Part shown: in pieces, positions 51,168 through 60,842 of the stretch | Layout: each line of letters starts with the position of its first letter | Position numbering within the stretch: the first letter of the stretch is position 1 | Program-made: the position numbers and the translations under genes | The notes under the pieces: model-generated | Seen by the model: only the letters and a program-made list of their open reading frames with translations | Told to the model about the DNA's origin: nothing | The model's database searches: none | Origin: Candidatus Magasanikiibacteriota bacterium | Lineage (GTDB): Bacteria; Patescibacteriota; Patescibacteriia; Magasanikbacterales; UBA922 | Assembly (NCBI GenBank): GCA_021648085.1 | Contig: JAKITS010000001.1 | Location: 45,434 to 109,433 of the forward strand | Length of the DNA: 64,000 bases | Direction of reading: 5' to 3'

Positions 51168-51876
51168 AAAAGTTTTAGATAAAATTAAAGAAGAAGACTT
51201 AAAACCTATTTCAAAGTCTAGTTTTCTGCTTAAAAATTCTATTTTGTGGATTTTTGGTGGACTTACGATGATTCTTGGAGCAGTTGCTGTTTCTGTGATT
51301 ATTTTCATACTCACAACTCAGGAGTGGAGTATTTACAAACAAATTGGCGACGGGTTTTTTAAGTTTTTCTTTTTGGTAGTTCCATACTTTTGGTTTGTTA
51401 TTTTTACTTTGTTTATTTTTATTACATATTTAAATTACAAACATACAAAGTTTGGCTATCGTCATAGTTTTGGAATGGTTGTGTTGGTATATTTTTTAGC
51501 AACTTTAGTTTTGGGTGGAGTATTTTATTTTGCAAAAGTTGGTGGCAAAATGGAAAATTTATTTAGTCAAAAAGTTCCTTTTTATGAGGTGATGGTGCAA
51601 CACAGGCAAAAAGTCTGGCAGTATCCAGAGCGTGGGCTACTTGGTGGTCGTATAGAAAAAATACTTCCAAATGGTTTTTTACTTTTGGATATTAACAAGG
51701 AAAAATGGATTGTAGATACAAAAGACGCTAAAATTTACAGTATTCAAGAGTTGAAGACTGGAAATGTGGTAGGGATTGTTGGCAAAGAATTATCTAAAAG
51801 TTTATTTAAGGCGGATTCTGTGAGAATAAGAGGTCTAAGAAGGTCAACACTAATTCAACAAAGTGAAAGAAAATAG
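51148..51876 (+). CDS. polytopic membrane protein, putative anti-sigma factor (overlaps sigma gene by 20 nt)
   Basis: position and overlap typical of sigma/anti-sigma pairs; several TM helices. Confidence 0.45.
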   Translation: MKENLSKKVLDKIKEEDLKPISKSSFLLKNSILWIFGGLTMILGAVAVSVIIFILTTQEWSIYKQIGDGFFKFFFLVVPYFWFVIFTLFIFITYLNYKHTKFGYRHSFGMVVLVYFLATLVLGGVFYFAKVGGKMENLFSQKVPFYEVMVQHRQKVWQYPERGLLGGRIEKILPNGFLLLDINKEKWIVDTKDAKIYSIQELKTGNVVGIVGKELSKSLFKADSVRIRGLRRSTLIQQSERK

Positions 51877-51953
51877 TTTTTTTCTGCGTATTAGTAAGTA
51901 GAAAGGCTAAAATGTGCGTACAAATTGGCTGTATAATTTACTAAATAATAAAT

Positions 51954-52559
51954 ATGAATAGAAAAACTATTGTTTTGGGAGGTGTTGTTGCTGGAATTAT
52001 TACAATTTTAGGTGTATCTACTGCGAGTGCTCATTTTGGCGGAAACAACCAATCAAATATTTTTCCAGAAAATCGTGAGGAAATTAAGCAAATAATCGAA
52101 TCAAAAGATTATGACGCTTTTAAAACTCATCTAGAAGAAAATGACAGAACTCAAATGCTAGAAAAAATCACAGAAGAAAAATTCAATAAATTCTTGGAAA
52201 TGAGAGAACTTGCGGAATCTGGTGATAAGGATGGCGCTAGAGAAATTAGAGAAGAGTTGAAATTGAAAAAGTTTAGAAAAAATTTCAATAAAGCAAAAAG
52301 ATTTGGATTGCAACACGAAGAAATGAGACAAATAATCGAATCAAGAGATTATGACGCTTTAAAAACTCATCTAGAAGAAAATGACAGAACTCAAATGCTA
52401 GAAAAAATCACAGAAGAAAAATTTGATAAGTTTCTAGAAATGAAAGAGCTTGCTATTTCTGGAGATAGAGAAGGAGCTAAAAAGATTGCAGATGAATTAG
52501 GTTTGGAAAGAGGAATAAGAAATCTTCACAAATCTATGCATAGACAAGTTCAAAAATAA
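51954..52559 (+). CDS. secreted helical protein with internal ~80-aa tandem duplication
   Basis: signal peptide; DNA 52086-52200 and 52326-52440 almost identical; terminator hairpin at ~52584-52603. Confidence 0.45.
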   Translation: MNRKTIVLGGVVAGIITILGVSTASAHFGGNNQSNIFPENREEIKQIIESKDYDAFKTHLEENDRTQMLEKITEEKFNKFLEMRELAESGDKDGAREIREELKLKKFRKNFNKAKRFGLQHEEMRQIIESRDYDALKTHLEENDRTQMLEKITEEKFDKFLEMKELAISGDREGAKKIADELGLERGIRNLHKSMHRQVQK

Positions 52560-52960
52560 AACAATTTAATACAAAAAAAAGACCTAATTATAGGTCTTTT
52601 TTTTGTATTAAATTGTTTTATTTTAAAAAGAAAAAAACTAATCATAAAAACAAAATTCTGCAAAGTTCATTAAATAAAAATATGCACAGATATTTGACAC
52701 TTTTTAGTAAGTGTGATAGTGTAAAAATATAATTAAAATTATATGAATTTAGAAAAAAGATATTATATGACAATGCAGTATGCAATTGTATGTAGGTTTA
52801 TGCCTGCTATTTTTGGCTTGCCTTGTTATAATGCTTTGGAATTTCTAGATTAATTAATTTACACAATTCTTCAAGAAAAAGCGTTATGACAAGACAAGTC
52901 ATAACGCTTTTTGATTTGTCTTGGTTCTTTATGAAATAGTCCAACAAAAAGGAGTGGAAA

Positions 52961-54142
52961 ATGAAACGAATTATAAGAGTTTATCTATTTTTATTATTTA
53001 TTTCACATTTTGGAATTGCAATAGTTTTCAGTACCTATGTTATCTTTTTGCAAAGGCATGGTTTAAGTTTATTTGAGGTAAATATAGTAAATATTGTATA
53101 CGCAATCAGTGTATTTTTATTCGAAGTGCCAACTGGAGCAGTTGCAGATTTATATGGTAGAAAAAATTCATTTCTTGTTTCATCTGTATTTATGTTTCTT
53201 GGGTGTTTACTCTATGGGCTTTTTGATTCGATGACTGGATTTATAATTGCAGAGATATTGTTGGCAATTGGATCTACTTGTGCGAGTGGGTCTTTTGAGG
53301 CTTGGGTTGTGGATGAGTTAGAAAAACTTGGATATGGTAATGATTTAAAATCGTTAATGTCTAAATCTGCATCAACAATACATATTGCAATTATTTCTGG
53401 TGTACTATTTGGAGGTTTGCTAGCGGATATTTTGGGGTTAAATATACTTTGGTTTTTGTCTGCTTTGTTCAATCTTATTACATTACTTTTATCTTACTTT
53501 CTAATGAAAGAAACTGTAATGTATAAAAGTGAAACAAAGAATACTTGCTTGCAAATAACAAAAAAAGGTTACAAACAAATAAAAGCAAGTAAATTATTGA
53601 AAGCTGTAATTATTTTAGATTTAATTTTAGTTTTTATAATTCAAGCTCCAAATATGCAATGGCAACCGCTATTTTCTCCTTTACTCGGTGATAGTATGTT
53701 TAGTTTAAGTTTACTATTTATAGCACTTATGGTTAGCGCACTTATTGGGTCAACATTGGTTGGTTTAAGTAAAAAACTTGGCGGAAAGATTAGATTACTC
53801 AAAATGGTTATATTATATGGCTCTTTACTTGTTATTTTTACTGCTCTTTTTCAAGATCTTTATATTATGATAATTGTTTTTTTAGCACATGAATTGTGTA
53901 GGGGTTTGTTTGTGCCTATTAAGTTTGCTCTAATTCATGAAAATGCAGAATCTAAACAGCGTGCAACTGTAGTATCATTGTTTAATATGATAAGAAGTTT
54001 GGGTGGTGCTGTTGGTTTGTTTGTATTTGGTTATCTGACAGTATTTTTCTCTATTCGCACAGTTTGGGTTATTGCAGGATTAAGTGCGTTCATTTTATTG
54101 TTCTTTTATTACCTTTGGGATAAAAATAAAAACACCGTTTAA
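52961..54142 (+). CDS. MFS-family transporter
   Basis: 12 predicted TM, 'VADLYGRKNSF' MFS motif A. Confidence 0.8.
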   Translation: MKRIIRVYLFLLFISHFGIAIVFSTYVIFLQRHGLSLFEVNIVNIVYAISVFLFEVPTGAVADLYGRKNSFLVSSVFMFLGCLLYGLFDSMTGFIIAEILLAIGSTCASGSFEAWVVDELEKLGYGNDLKSLMSKSASTIHIAIISGVLFGGLLADILGLNILWFLSALFNLITLLLSYFLMKETVMYKSETKNTCLQITKKGYKQIKASKLLKAVIILDLILVFIIQAPNMQWQPLFSPLLGDSMFSLSLLFIALMVSALIGSTLVGLSKKLGGKIRLLKMVILYGSLLVIFTALFQDLYIMIIVFLAHELCRGLFVPIKFALIHENAESKQRATVVSLFNMIRSLGGAVGLFVFGYLTVFFSIRTVWVIAGLSAFILLFFYYLWDKNKNTV

Positions 54143-54233
54143 TTATGGTGTTTTTTTTGTTTTATATTTGGTGTTATTCTCTTGTAATGATATATTAAAA
54201 TAAGTTCTACCTAACTTTGCAAAGTGGTGAAAA

Positions 54234-54551
54234 ATGAGTAGATTAAGAAAGGGAATTGTAAAAGTCAGTACATCTTGGAAAGGTGAGGTTAAGGAAAAGT
54301 ATGGTAAAAGATGTGTAGTCTGTGGTTCTTTAAAGAATATAGAAATTCATCATGTTATAACAAGACGAAATTATCTTGTTAAACGATATATACCAAACGG
54401 AGTTCCTCTTTGTCGTGACCATCATTCTAAAAATTGTAAATCAGCTCACAAAAACCCAAGTTGGTTCAAAGAATTTATAATTGAACGAAGAGGACAGGAA
54501 TGGTGGGATGATTTACATGAAAAGAGTAAAAAACCCAAAGAAGGTGGATAG
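54234..54551 (+). CDS. small HNH-like nuclease-motif protein
   Basis: 'CVVCGS..IEIHHV.....N...LC..HH..NC' Cys/His arrangement typical of HNH; adjacent to tRNA-Asp integration-scar-like repeats. Confidence 0.4.
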   Translation: MSRLRKGIVKVSTSWKGEVKEKYGKRCVVCGSLKNIEIHHVITRRNYLVKRYIPNGVPLCRDHHSKNCKSAHKNPSWFKEFIIERRGQEWWDDLHEKSKKPKEGG

Positions 54552-54613
54552 TTTTTTTAAGAGGTGTAATTTTATACATCTCTTTTTAAATTTATTTAAT
54601 AAAGAAGTCTAAA

Positions 54614-54785
54614 ATTTAGACTATTTTTTATTTCGCGGACCGGACGCTCAGGCTCTCCCTGTGATATTTTACTATCGTAAAATATCCCTTCTCGTCCCAA
54701 CACGAGCAAAGACTTTTGCTCGCTTCCGTCCCACAAAACAAAAAATAGTCATTTAGACTATTTTTTATTTCGCGGACCGGACGGG
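54614..54785. repeat. 34-bp direct repeat (tttagactattttttatttcgcggaccggacg) = tRNA-Asp 3' end + flank, bracketing a 105-bp insert related to the tRNA-Ser-linked elements
   Basis: copies at 54614-54646 and 54753-54785; insert contains 'cccttctcgtcccaacacgagcaaagacttttgctcg' similar to 9476-9898 elements. Confidence 0.75.
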
Positions 54786-54846
54786 ACTCGAACCCGCAAC
54801 TTCCGCCGTGACAGGGCGGTGCTCTAACCAATTGAACTACCGATCC
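54773..54846 (-). tRNA. tRNA-Asp (anticodon GTC)
   Basis: reverse complement GGATCGGTAGTTCAATTGGTTAGAGC..CCTGTCACGG..GGGTTCGAGTCCCGTCCGGTCCG. Confidence 0.85.
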
Positions 54847-55182
54847 ATATGGGTACAGTTCATAATTCATTTTAGCCCATAATTTATAAAATTTAGCTGC
54901 AAACTATTTTTTCTTAAACACCTTATAAATATAAAGTTTATTAATAAAAAATTGTTTTCGCTTAAATTTTATTGAATTCTAACTAAAAGCAATTGTGAAC
55001 TGTACCTATTACTATTAACAAGATAATTTTATCAAATTAACAATCTATTGTCAACATATCTCAATAAAAAAGACCTTCGAAGTGTTCGACAACAAACAAG
55101 GGAATGAAGGAGGGGGTATCCCTGCCATTACCGAACACTGCAAAGGTCTTTTTCAAGATGCTAAATAAACTTTTAATAGAGA

Positions 55183-55527
55183 TTACTTTGTAGCTTCCAC
55201 AATGCTTTTGAACACTTCTGGTTTTTTGTCTGCTATTTCAGAAAGCACTTTTCTATCTATCAAGATATTTTTAGTCTTCATTGCTCCAATGAATTTGCTA
55301 TAACTCATATCAAACTCTTTTAAAGCTGCGTTTATACGAATTGTCCACAATCTACGCATTTCTCTTTTTTTGTTTCTTCTGTCGCGGTAAGCATAAGCTC
55401 CAGCTTTTGTATCAGCTGTTTTTGCAAGTTTCAGTAACTTTTTTCTTCCGTATTTAAAACCTTTCACTCTTTTTAGAATGCTTTTTCTTCTTTTTACATG
55501 TTGTGTTCCTCTTTTTACTCTTGACAT
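55183..55527 (-). CDS. rplT: 50S ribosomal protein L20
   Basis: 'MSRVKRGTQHVKRRK...RINAAL' L20 signature. Confidence 0.9.
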   Translation of the reverse strand: MSRVKRGTQHVKRRKSILKRVKGFKYGRKKLLKLAKTADTKAGAYAYRDRRNKKREMRRLWTIRINAALKEFDMSYSKFIGAMKTKNILIDRKVLSEIADKKPEVFKSIVEATK

Positions 55528-55533
55528 ATTAGT

Positions 55534-55746
55534 TTATTTCTTATATGGTACTGCATTCAAAATTGTTTTATGCACTGTACCACTAGAGATAGAATTATCT
55601 TTTCTCTTATTTCTTTTTGTATTTCCACGCTCGCGAGCGTTAAAATGATCTTGTCCGCCAGTACGGCTTATGATCTTTGTTCCTTTTTTAGATTTTTTGA
55701 TTACAAAGCGTTTTGCTGTTGCTTTGTGTGTTTTTAATTTTCCCAT
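55534..55746 (-). CDS. rpmI: 50S ribosomal protein L35
   Basis: 'MGKLKTHKATAKRF' ; start trimmed to MGKL. Confidence 0.85.
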   Translation of the reverse strand: MGKLKTHKATAKRFVIKKSKKGTKIISRTGGQDHFNARERGNTKRNKRKDNSISSGTVHKTILNAVPYKK

Positions 55747-55792
55747 ATGCACAAGTTATATCAGATTATTCTTATTAAGTCAAGTTTAGGCT

Positions 55793-56341
55793 TTATTTTT
55801 TATTGATTATTGCACTTACAACATGTCTTTGTTTTTGTGGTTGCTGTTCAAACTTTATATCAACAGTCTCAGATAGTTCTGCAAAAAACTTTTTCAATAT
55901 TTCAAAGGCTAAATGGGCCTTCCCTTTTTCAGCACCTTTTAGTATCACATCAACTTTTACCTTATCACCACGATCTAGAAATTTTTGTGCCTGTTTCTTG
56001 CGAATTTCCATATCGTGTTTACCAATTCTAATAGATAGGCGTATCCCTTTTAGTTCACCAGCACGAGATCTTATTTTTTGTTTTCGTGCTTCTTTTTCTT
56101 TTTGATATTTAAAATGTTTAAAGTCCATCAACTGTGCAACAGGCGGATCTGATTTTGGATTTACCTCTACCAAATCTACATCTGCTTCTCTTGCTTTTTC
56201 CAAAGCTTCACTTAATTTTAAAATGCCAATATATTTTTTGTCTTCATCAAGAAGACGCACTTCTGGTGCGGTGATAAAACTATTTATTTTAAAATGTGGT
56301 AAGACTGGTTTATCCGGTCTTTTTTTTCTAGAAATTCTCAT
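55793..56341 (-). CDS. infC: translation initiation factor IF-3
   Basis: 'APEVRLLDEDKKYIGI', 'VDLVEVNP...PVAQLMDF', infC-rpmI-rplT operon. Confidence 0.85.
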   Translation of the reverse strand: MRISRKKRPDKPVLPHFKINSFITAPEVRLLDEDKKYIGILKLSEALEKAREADVDLVEVNPKSDPPVAQLMDFKHFKYQKEKEARKQKIRSRAGELKGIRLSIRIGKHDMEIRKKQAQKFLDRGDKVKVDVILKGAEKGKAHLAFEILKKFFAELSETVDIKFEQQPQKQRHVVSAIINKK

Positions 56342-56451
56342 CCTGTTTTTATAATACGTTTCTTAATTTTTTAAAAGTATTTAGTAGGTAGCCTATGTTT
56401 CCTTTTTTACTTAATCGGCATTACTTACTTTGTCTAGTTTGCTTTCTTTTG

Positions 56452-56847
56452 TGGAGATGCTGGGAGTCGAACCCAGGTCTAGAGCGGGTTGCATAAGCGT
56501 TCTACATGTTTAGTTATTTTTGTTTTGAACTATAATTTAATAGAATAACAAAAGCAATTATAGCGTGCTTGTATGCAATTTCAAAACATATCTACAAGTA
56601 AAATATGTTTCTACACTCGATTAAGTTTACACCGCATGATTGCTATCGAGAATCACAGTTGCGATGGTTTCGGCAATTAAGCCAAAACAGATGCGAATGA
56701 AGGAGTAGTAAATGCGTTAGCAAATACATTCTTCACTCTTGATACTACTTTTGCGTTTGTAGATTGTTTTATGGATTTATGAGGTATAAAACACCCTCAA
56801 CATGCCCGTATATACAACTTGGCCGTCTATCGAAGCCTGTCACCCCC
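56452..56847 (-). ncRNA. ssrA: tmRNA (SsrA), predicted tag peptide ~ANAFTTPSFASVLA*
   Basis: 5' end GGGGGTGACAGGCTTCGATAGACGG (cf. E. coli GGGGCTGATTCTGGATTCGACGGG); 3' tRNA-like end GCATGTAGAACGC...CCTGGGTTCGACTCCCAGCATCTCCA; immediately downstream of smpB. Confidence 0.75.
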
Positions 56848-56852
56848 TTAAA

Positions 56853-57302
56853 TTAAAGACTATTTTTTATTATCCTACCCATCTCTCGATCAGCATCTCT
56901 TTTTTTAATAGTCTCTCGTTTATCATAATTTTTCTTTCCTTTGGCTAAGCCTAGTTTAATTTTAATGAAACGACCCTTATTATACAATGAAATGGGCACT
57001 ATTGTCAAGCCTTTTTCCTGTGATTTTCCTCTTAAGTATTCAATTTCTTTTTTTGATAGCAATAGCTTTCTTTGTTGGTTTGGGTCATACTCATCTAATT
57101 TGCCAGCAAATTTGTATGGAGAAATACGCATACTAGAAACAAAAGCATCAGTTTTGATAAAAGATAAGTGAGAACCTTGAAGTTTTGCGCCACCATTTCT
57201 GATAGATTTTACTTCTTGTCCAGACAATACTAAACCAGCCTCGATTTCTTCTAGGATTTCAAAATTAAACCTTGCTTTTTTGTTTGTTGCGTATGTTGGC
57301 AT
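56853..57302 (-). CDS. smpB: SsrA-binding protein SmpB
   Basis: 'ATNKKARFNFEILE..EAG..L.G.EVKS' SmpB signature. Confidence 0.9.
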   Translation of the reverse strand: MPTYATNKKARFNFEILEEIEAGLVLSGQEVKSIRNGGAKLQGSHLSFIKTDAFVSSMRISPYKFAGKLDEYDPNQQRKLLLSKKEIEYLRGKSQEKGLTIVPISLYNKGRFIKIKLGLAKGKKNYDKRETIKKRDADREMGRIIKNSL

Positions 57303-57404
57303 ATTTCTTTATTTACAGTATAGTCTGTTTGATTCTATTTTACCATAGTTAAATTATAGTCTATAATAGAATAGTTTACTTTATAATTTTTTTCAACTTA
57401 TTTT

Positions 57405-57842
57405 ATGTTTTGGAGAGACAAGGAAAAAGAAACAATTAAATGGTCTGTGTTAGTTTTGGCTGTATTTATTCTAGCTATAGTTTGTGCTGTGGCTTCCCTT
57501 GTATTTTTTTGGATTTATACCTCTACAGAAAGAGAAAATAATATAGAAAATACAATCACTACAATTCCAGAGAAAGTCGTAAATATGCTTAGTGAAAGAG
57601 AGATTAAGGATAATTATATAAAAGAAATTAATAATCTAAAAGTAAGAATTCAAGAGCTAAGTAAAAATAAAGAAGAATTAATGGTAGATGCAGAGTATAT
57701 ATTTCTGAGTGTTTCGGTACCAAACGAGCTAAGAGATTTACACTTAAAGAGGTTTTTAGAATTTAAAGCTTTGGAAGAAGAGAAGGTTGAGGTAAATGAA
57801 TTACGAATAAGATTGAAAGAAATTTTAAATATGGAGTTATGA
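57405..57842 (+). CDS. membrane-anchored coiled-coil protein, hypothetical
   Basis: N-terminal TM, charged helical remainder. Confidence 0.35.
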   Translation: MFWRDKEKETIKWSVLVLAVFILAIVCAVASLVFFWIYTSTERENNIENTITTIPEKVVNMLSEREIKDNYIKEINNLKVRIQELSKNKEELMVDAEYIFLSVSVPNELRDLHLKRFLEFKALEEEKVEVNELRIRLKEILNMEL

Positions 57843-58600
57843 TAAGAAAAATATTGCCATTTTTTATGGGAATTTGGAGTAGTTTGAGTATGTATGCAAT
57901 CCAAGTCTATCCAAATGTTTGGTTTGTTTTATTTGTTTTTATTGTTTGGAATACGATTTTGATTTTTGTGTATAAACAGATAAGAAAAAATATAGAAAAT
58001 TCATTTCATTATTCTTTTTTATCTATTACTACTTTTTTCGCATCGTTTAGTTTTATAAGTCTTATGGAGGTAGATTCTATTAGATTGTTCCTTGTCTTTT
58101 TTATAGGTTTTGTAATGTTTATTCTTACACATGCTTTTACATCCAAAAAAGTTTTTTCAACTGTCTCTCAAAAATCACTCCGCAGAGTTATGGTTATGAT
58201 TTGGGTTTTCAATGCTTATTCATTTTTAGCATTATCTTTTGCTTTAAGTATGTTTTTCCCAGGTTTGCCATTTTGGGCAATTACTATTTTTATTGGTTTG
58301 GTTTTTGGTGGTATTTCTACGATAGTTTGGTATCTTTATTATCCAATTCACCCAAAACACTTGATACTTTGGGCTTTAATTATTGTTTTGTTAATTATCG
58401 AACTAGTTTGGGTTTTTCATCTTCTACCTTTTGGTTTTTTTGTATCAGCTTTTTTTGTATCTTGGATTTGGTATATTATCCAGCTTCTTGTTCGTTTTCA
58501 TCTTTCGGCACAGGGAGTGCTTTGGAATAAACAAGTAGTATTTCTTTCTGTAAATGGAGTGTTATTTTTAATTCTACTATTTATAACCCGCTGGGTTTAG
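57839..58600 (+). CDS. polytopic membrane protein, hypothetical (4-nt overlap with upstream gene)
   Basis: about 8 hydrophobic helices. Confidence 0.4.
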   Translation: MIRKILPFFMGIWSSLSMYAIQVYPNVWFVLFVFIVWNTILIFVYKQIRKNIENSFHYSFLSITTFFASFSFISLMEVDSIRLFLVFFIGFVMFILTHAFTSKKVFSTVSQKSLRRVMVMIWVFNAYSFLALSFALSMFFPGLPFWAITIFIGLVFGGISTIVWYLYYPIHPKHLILWALIIVLLIIELVWVFHLLPFGFFVSAFFVSWIWYIIQLLVRFHLSAQGVLWNKQVVFLSVNGVLFLILLFITRWV

Positions 58601-58628
58601 AAAAAAATATTTTTAAATTTAAAATAAA

Positions 58629-59690
58629 ATGAATAATAATTCAAAATATAAACCACCTCACCTACCGCAAGACCTTCAAATACCTATGAAAACTCACAAT
58701 AGAGTAGGTTTCTTCCTAATGCTTTTCGTGATTTTATTGTTGTCAGGTCTTAGCGCTGTTGCGACATCTCTTTCTGTTATTGCGTGGCTTTCTCCTCCTA
58801 TTATTTTAGATAAGGTTTTGTTTGTGGATAGTTTGGGCAAAGATATGCAAAACATCAACCCGAATATGTTGCAACAAACCAAACAGAGAACTGTATCTAT
58901 TTATGACTCTAGACAAATGATCGGAATGGAATTTTACAAAGAAGATGCTTTTATTGCAGACAGTATTATAATTAGCTCAGATGGCTGGAGTGCTATATAT
59001 AAGCCAGATTATGTCTCTGGAGAGGAGATTTTTTGGGATGCTATAGATTACCAAGGAGAAAGTCATAAAATAGAAAATTCAGTTTTTGATAAAAATACAG
59101 GAATTCTCTATTTAAATTACGAAGGAAATGGTTTTAGAGTTGTTTCTTTTATGAATTTGGCAGATTTGGATCACATAAAATCTGCTGTTTTGTACAAAAG
59201 AGATGGTTCAAAAAAAATACTTTTAGGAGATAAGTATAAAATAATAGAAAATAAAAACTTTTCTATTTTGGAGTTGCAGTATAGATTCTTAAAAGATTCA
59301 GATTTTTCTGTTAATTCTGTTTTGTTTACAGATGGTGGTGAGTTTTTAGGGTTTGTAGGTTTAGCCGGATTGGTAGAAGGTTGGCAGGTTGAAGTTCAGT
59401 TGTTGAGCTTACTTTCCAAAGGAAGTCTTAGGGAAAATAATTTAGATATCTCTGGATTTATTGTGGAAGAGGTTTTTGATAAGACAAAATGGAAAAAAAT
59501 AGATAGTTTTTATGTTTCAGATATTGGAATCGTATCTAATCAAAATTTTAAAGTTGGGGACTTAATTACAAAAGTTTCTGGTCAACCTGTGGATAAGTTT
59601 AATTTAGCAAGACAAGTTTTACAGACTAGTGTTGGAAGCTCTTTTACTATTTTGAGAAATGGAGGTGAAATTGAAGTGCTATTAAAATAG
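58629..59690 (+). CDS. membrane-anchored protein with C-terminal PDZ domain (possible degenerate HtrA-like protease)
   Basis: 'KVGDLITKVSGQPVDKFNLARQVLQTSVGSSFTILRNGGEIEV' PDZ-like; no GNSGGPL catalytic motif seen. Confidence 0.4.
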   Translation: MNNNSKYKPPHLPQDLQIPMKTHNRVGFFLMLFVILLLSGLSAVATSLSVIAWLSPPIILDKVLFVDSLGKDMQNINPNMLQQTKQRTVSIYDSRQMIGMEFYKEDAFIADSIIISSDGWSAIYKPDYVSGEEIFWDAIDYQGESHKIENSVFDKNTGILYLNYEGNGFRVVSFMNLADLDHIKSAVLYKRDGSKKILLGDKYKIIENKNFSILELQYRFLKDSDFSVNSVLFTDGGEFLGFVGLAGLVEGWQVEVQLLSLLSKGSLRENNLDISGFIVEEVFDKTKWKKIDSFYVSDIGIVSNQNFKVGDLITKVSGQPVDKFNLARQVLQTSVGSSFTILRNGGEIEVLLK

Positions 59691-59715
59691 AAGACAAATT
59701 GTTCGAGATGACAGA

Positions 59716-60360
59716 ATGGGAATCGGAATTCTTTTATGGTATAATATTTTTATGTATTCAAGACCTGTCAAAATTTTAATAAAAAGATATAAACTGCTTT
59801 TAACAGCGGGTATTATTGGTACTGCAATTGTTCTTACTATTAGTCTGCTTGTTTCTCCGTTAGAATATCGCGCAGACGCTCAAGTTCTTATTATTTCTCA
59901 GTCCAGACTTGGTGTGGATCCTTATACTGTGGTAAAGTCTGCAGAGCGAATAGGGGAGAATTTAATTCAAATCATGAAGACAGAAGATTTTTTGAACAAG
60001 GTTATAGAGCAAGATATTGAAGTTTTCAATGAGTTGAACCTTCAGGAATTGGACACAAGGGAAAAAAGAAAGTTATGGAATAAATCCACTTCAGCTTCTG
60101 TAGTTTATGGCACTGGTGTTTTGAATGTTTCTGCGTTCCATCAAAATTCAGAAATAGCAGAAAAATTATCAAAAGCAGTTGTAGATACTTTAGTTTTTAA
60201 AGGTTGGGAATATGTTGGTGGAGATGTGGTTATAAAGGTTATCAACAATCCAGTGGCTACAAAATTTCCCGTTAGGCCAAATTTACCATTGAATGCTTTT
60301 GCAGGTTTTGTATTCGGAACTATATTTATGGGGTTAATTCTTGTTAGAAAGTTTAGATAA
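59716..60360 (+). CDS. membrane protein with N- and C-terminal TM helices (Wzz/CpsC-like topology)
   Basis: TM at both ends, ~150-aa periplasmic-like middle; TATAAT at 59738-59743 is 8 nt before ATG 59752 (possible leaderless start). Confidence 0.3.
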   Translation: MGIGILLWYNIFMYSRPVKILIKRYKLLLTAGIIGTAIVLTISLLVSPLEYRADAQVLIISQSRLGVDPYTVVKSAERIGENLIQIMKTEDFLNKVIEQDIEVFNELNLQELDTREKRKLWNKSTSASVVYGTGVLNVSAFHQNSEIAEKLSKAVVDTLVFKGWEYVGGDVVIKVINNPVATKFPVRPNLPLNAFAGFVFGTIFMGLILVRKFR

Positions 60361-60632
60361 AAAATAAATTTAATAAAAATTCTGTGCTAAAATAAGCCAA
60401 AAAATTGGCTTATTTTTTATTTTTAGCTAAAATTAGCTAAATAAACTTGACAAAACTATATTTTTATGGTATTTTTATCTATCGTCTTTAAAACTTATAA
60501 GTTTGTGAAGTAAAAAGTTAAAAGTTCTTTTTTGTCATTTCTGGCTTGACTAGGAATCTAGGAGTCTTTATTAAATGAACAACGAAAGAAAGGTGTGGAT
60601 TTTTGGTCAAACTAAAAATAACAGAAAATATT

Positions 60633-60737
60633 CACGTCATCCTGAGCGAAGCCGAAGGATCTCGAGAAAGTATCACCTTTCCTTCACGTCATCCTGAGCG
60701 GAATGAAGCAGGGCGGAATGAAGTCGAATGGATCTCG
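60633..60737 (+). repeat. two tandem copies of dispersed repeat family (second with expanded variable segment)
   Basis: cacgtcatcctgagcgaagccgaaggatctcg... and cacgtcatcctgagcggaatgaagcagggcggaatgaagtcgaatggatctcg. Confidence 0.8.
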
Positions 60738-60842
60738 TAATAAAATCACAATACTTTAAATATTCATAATTCTGGTAATATAATCTCAAGATATTTCGGT
60801 TATGTTCAATATGACTTGTAATGTTTTATTAAAAATAAGGTG

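Noticed and set aside
54628-54870. 80-aa minus-strand ORF
   Set aside because: Covers tRNA-Asp and its 3'-end duplication; no coding support
55803-56105. 100-aa plus-strand ORF
   Set aside because: Antisense to infC (IF3), which has a strong family signature
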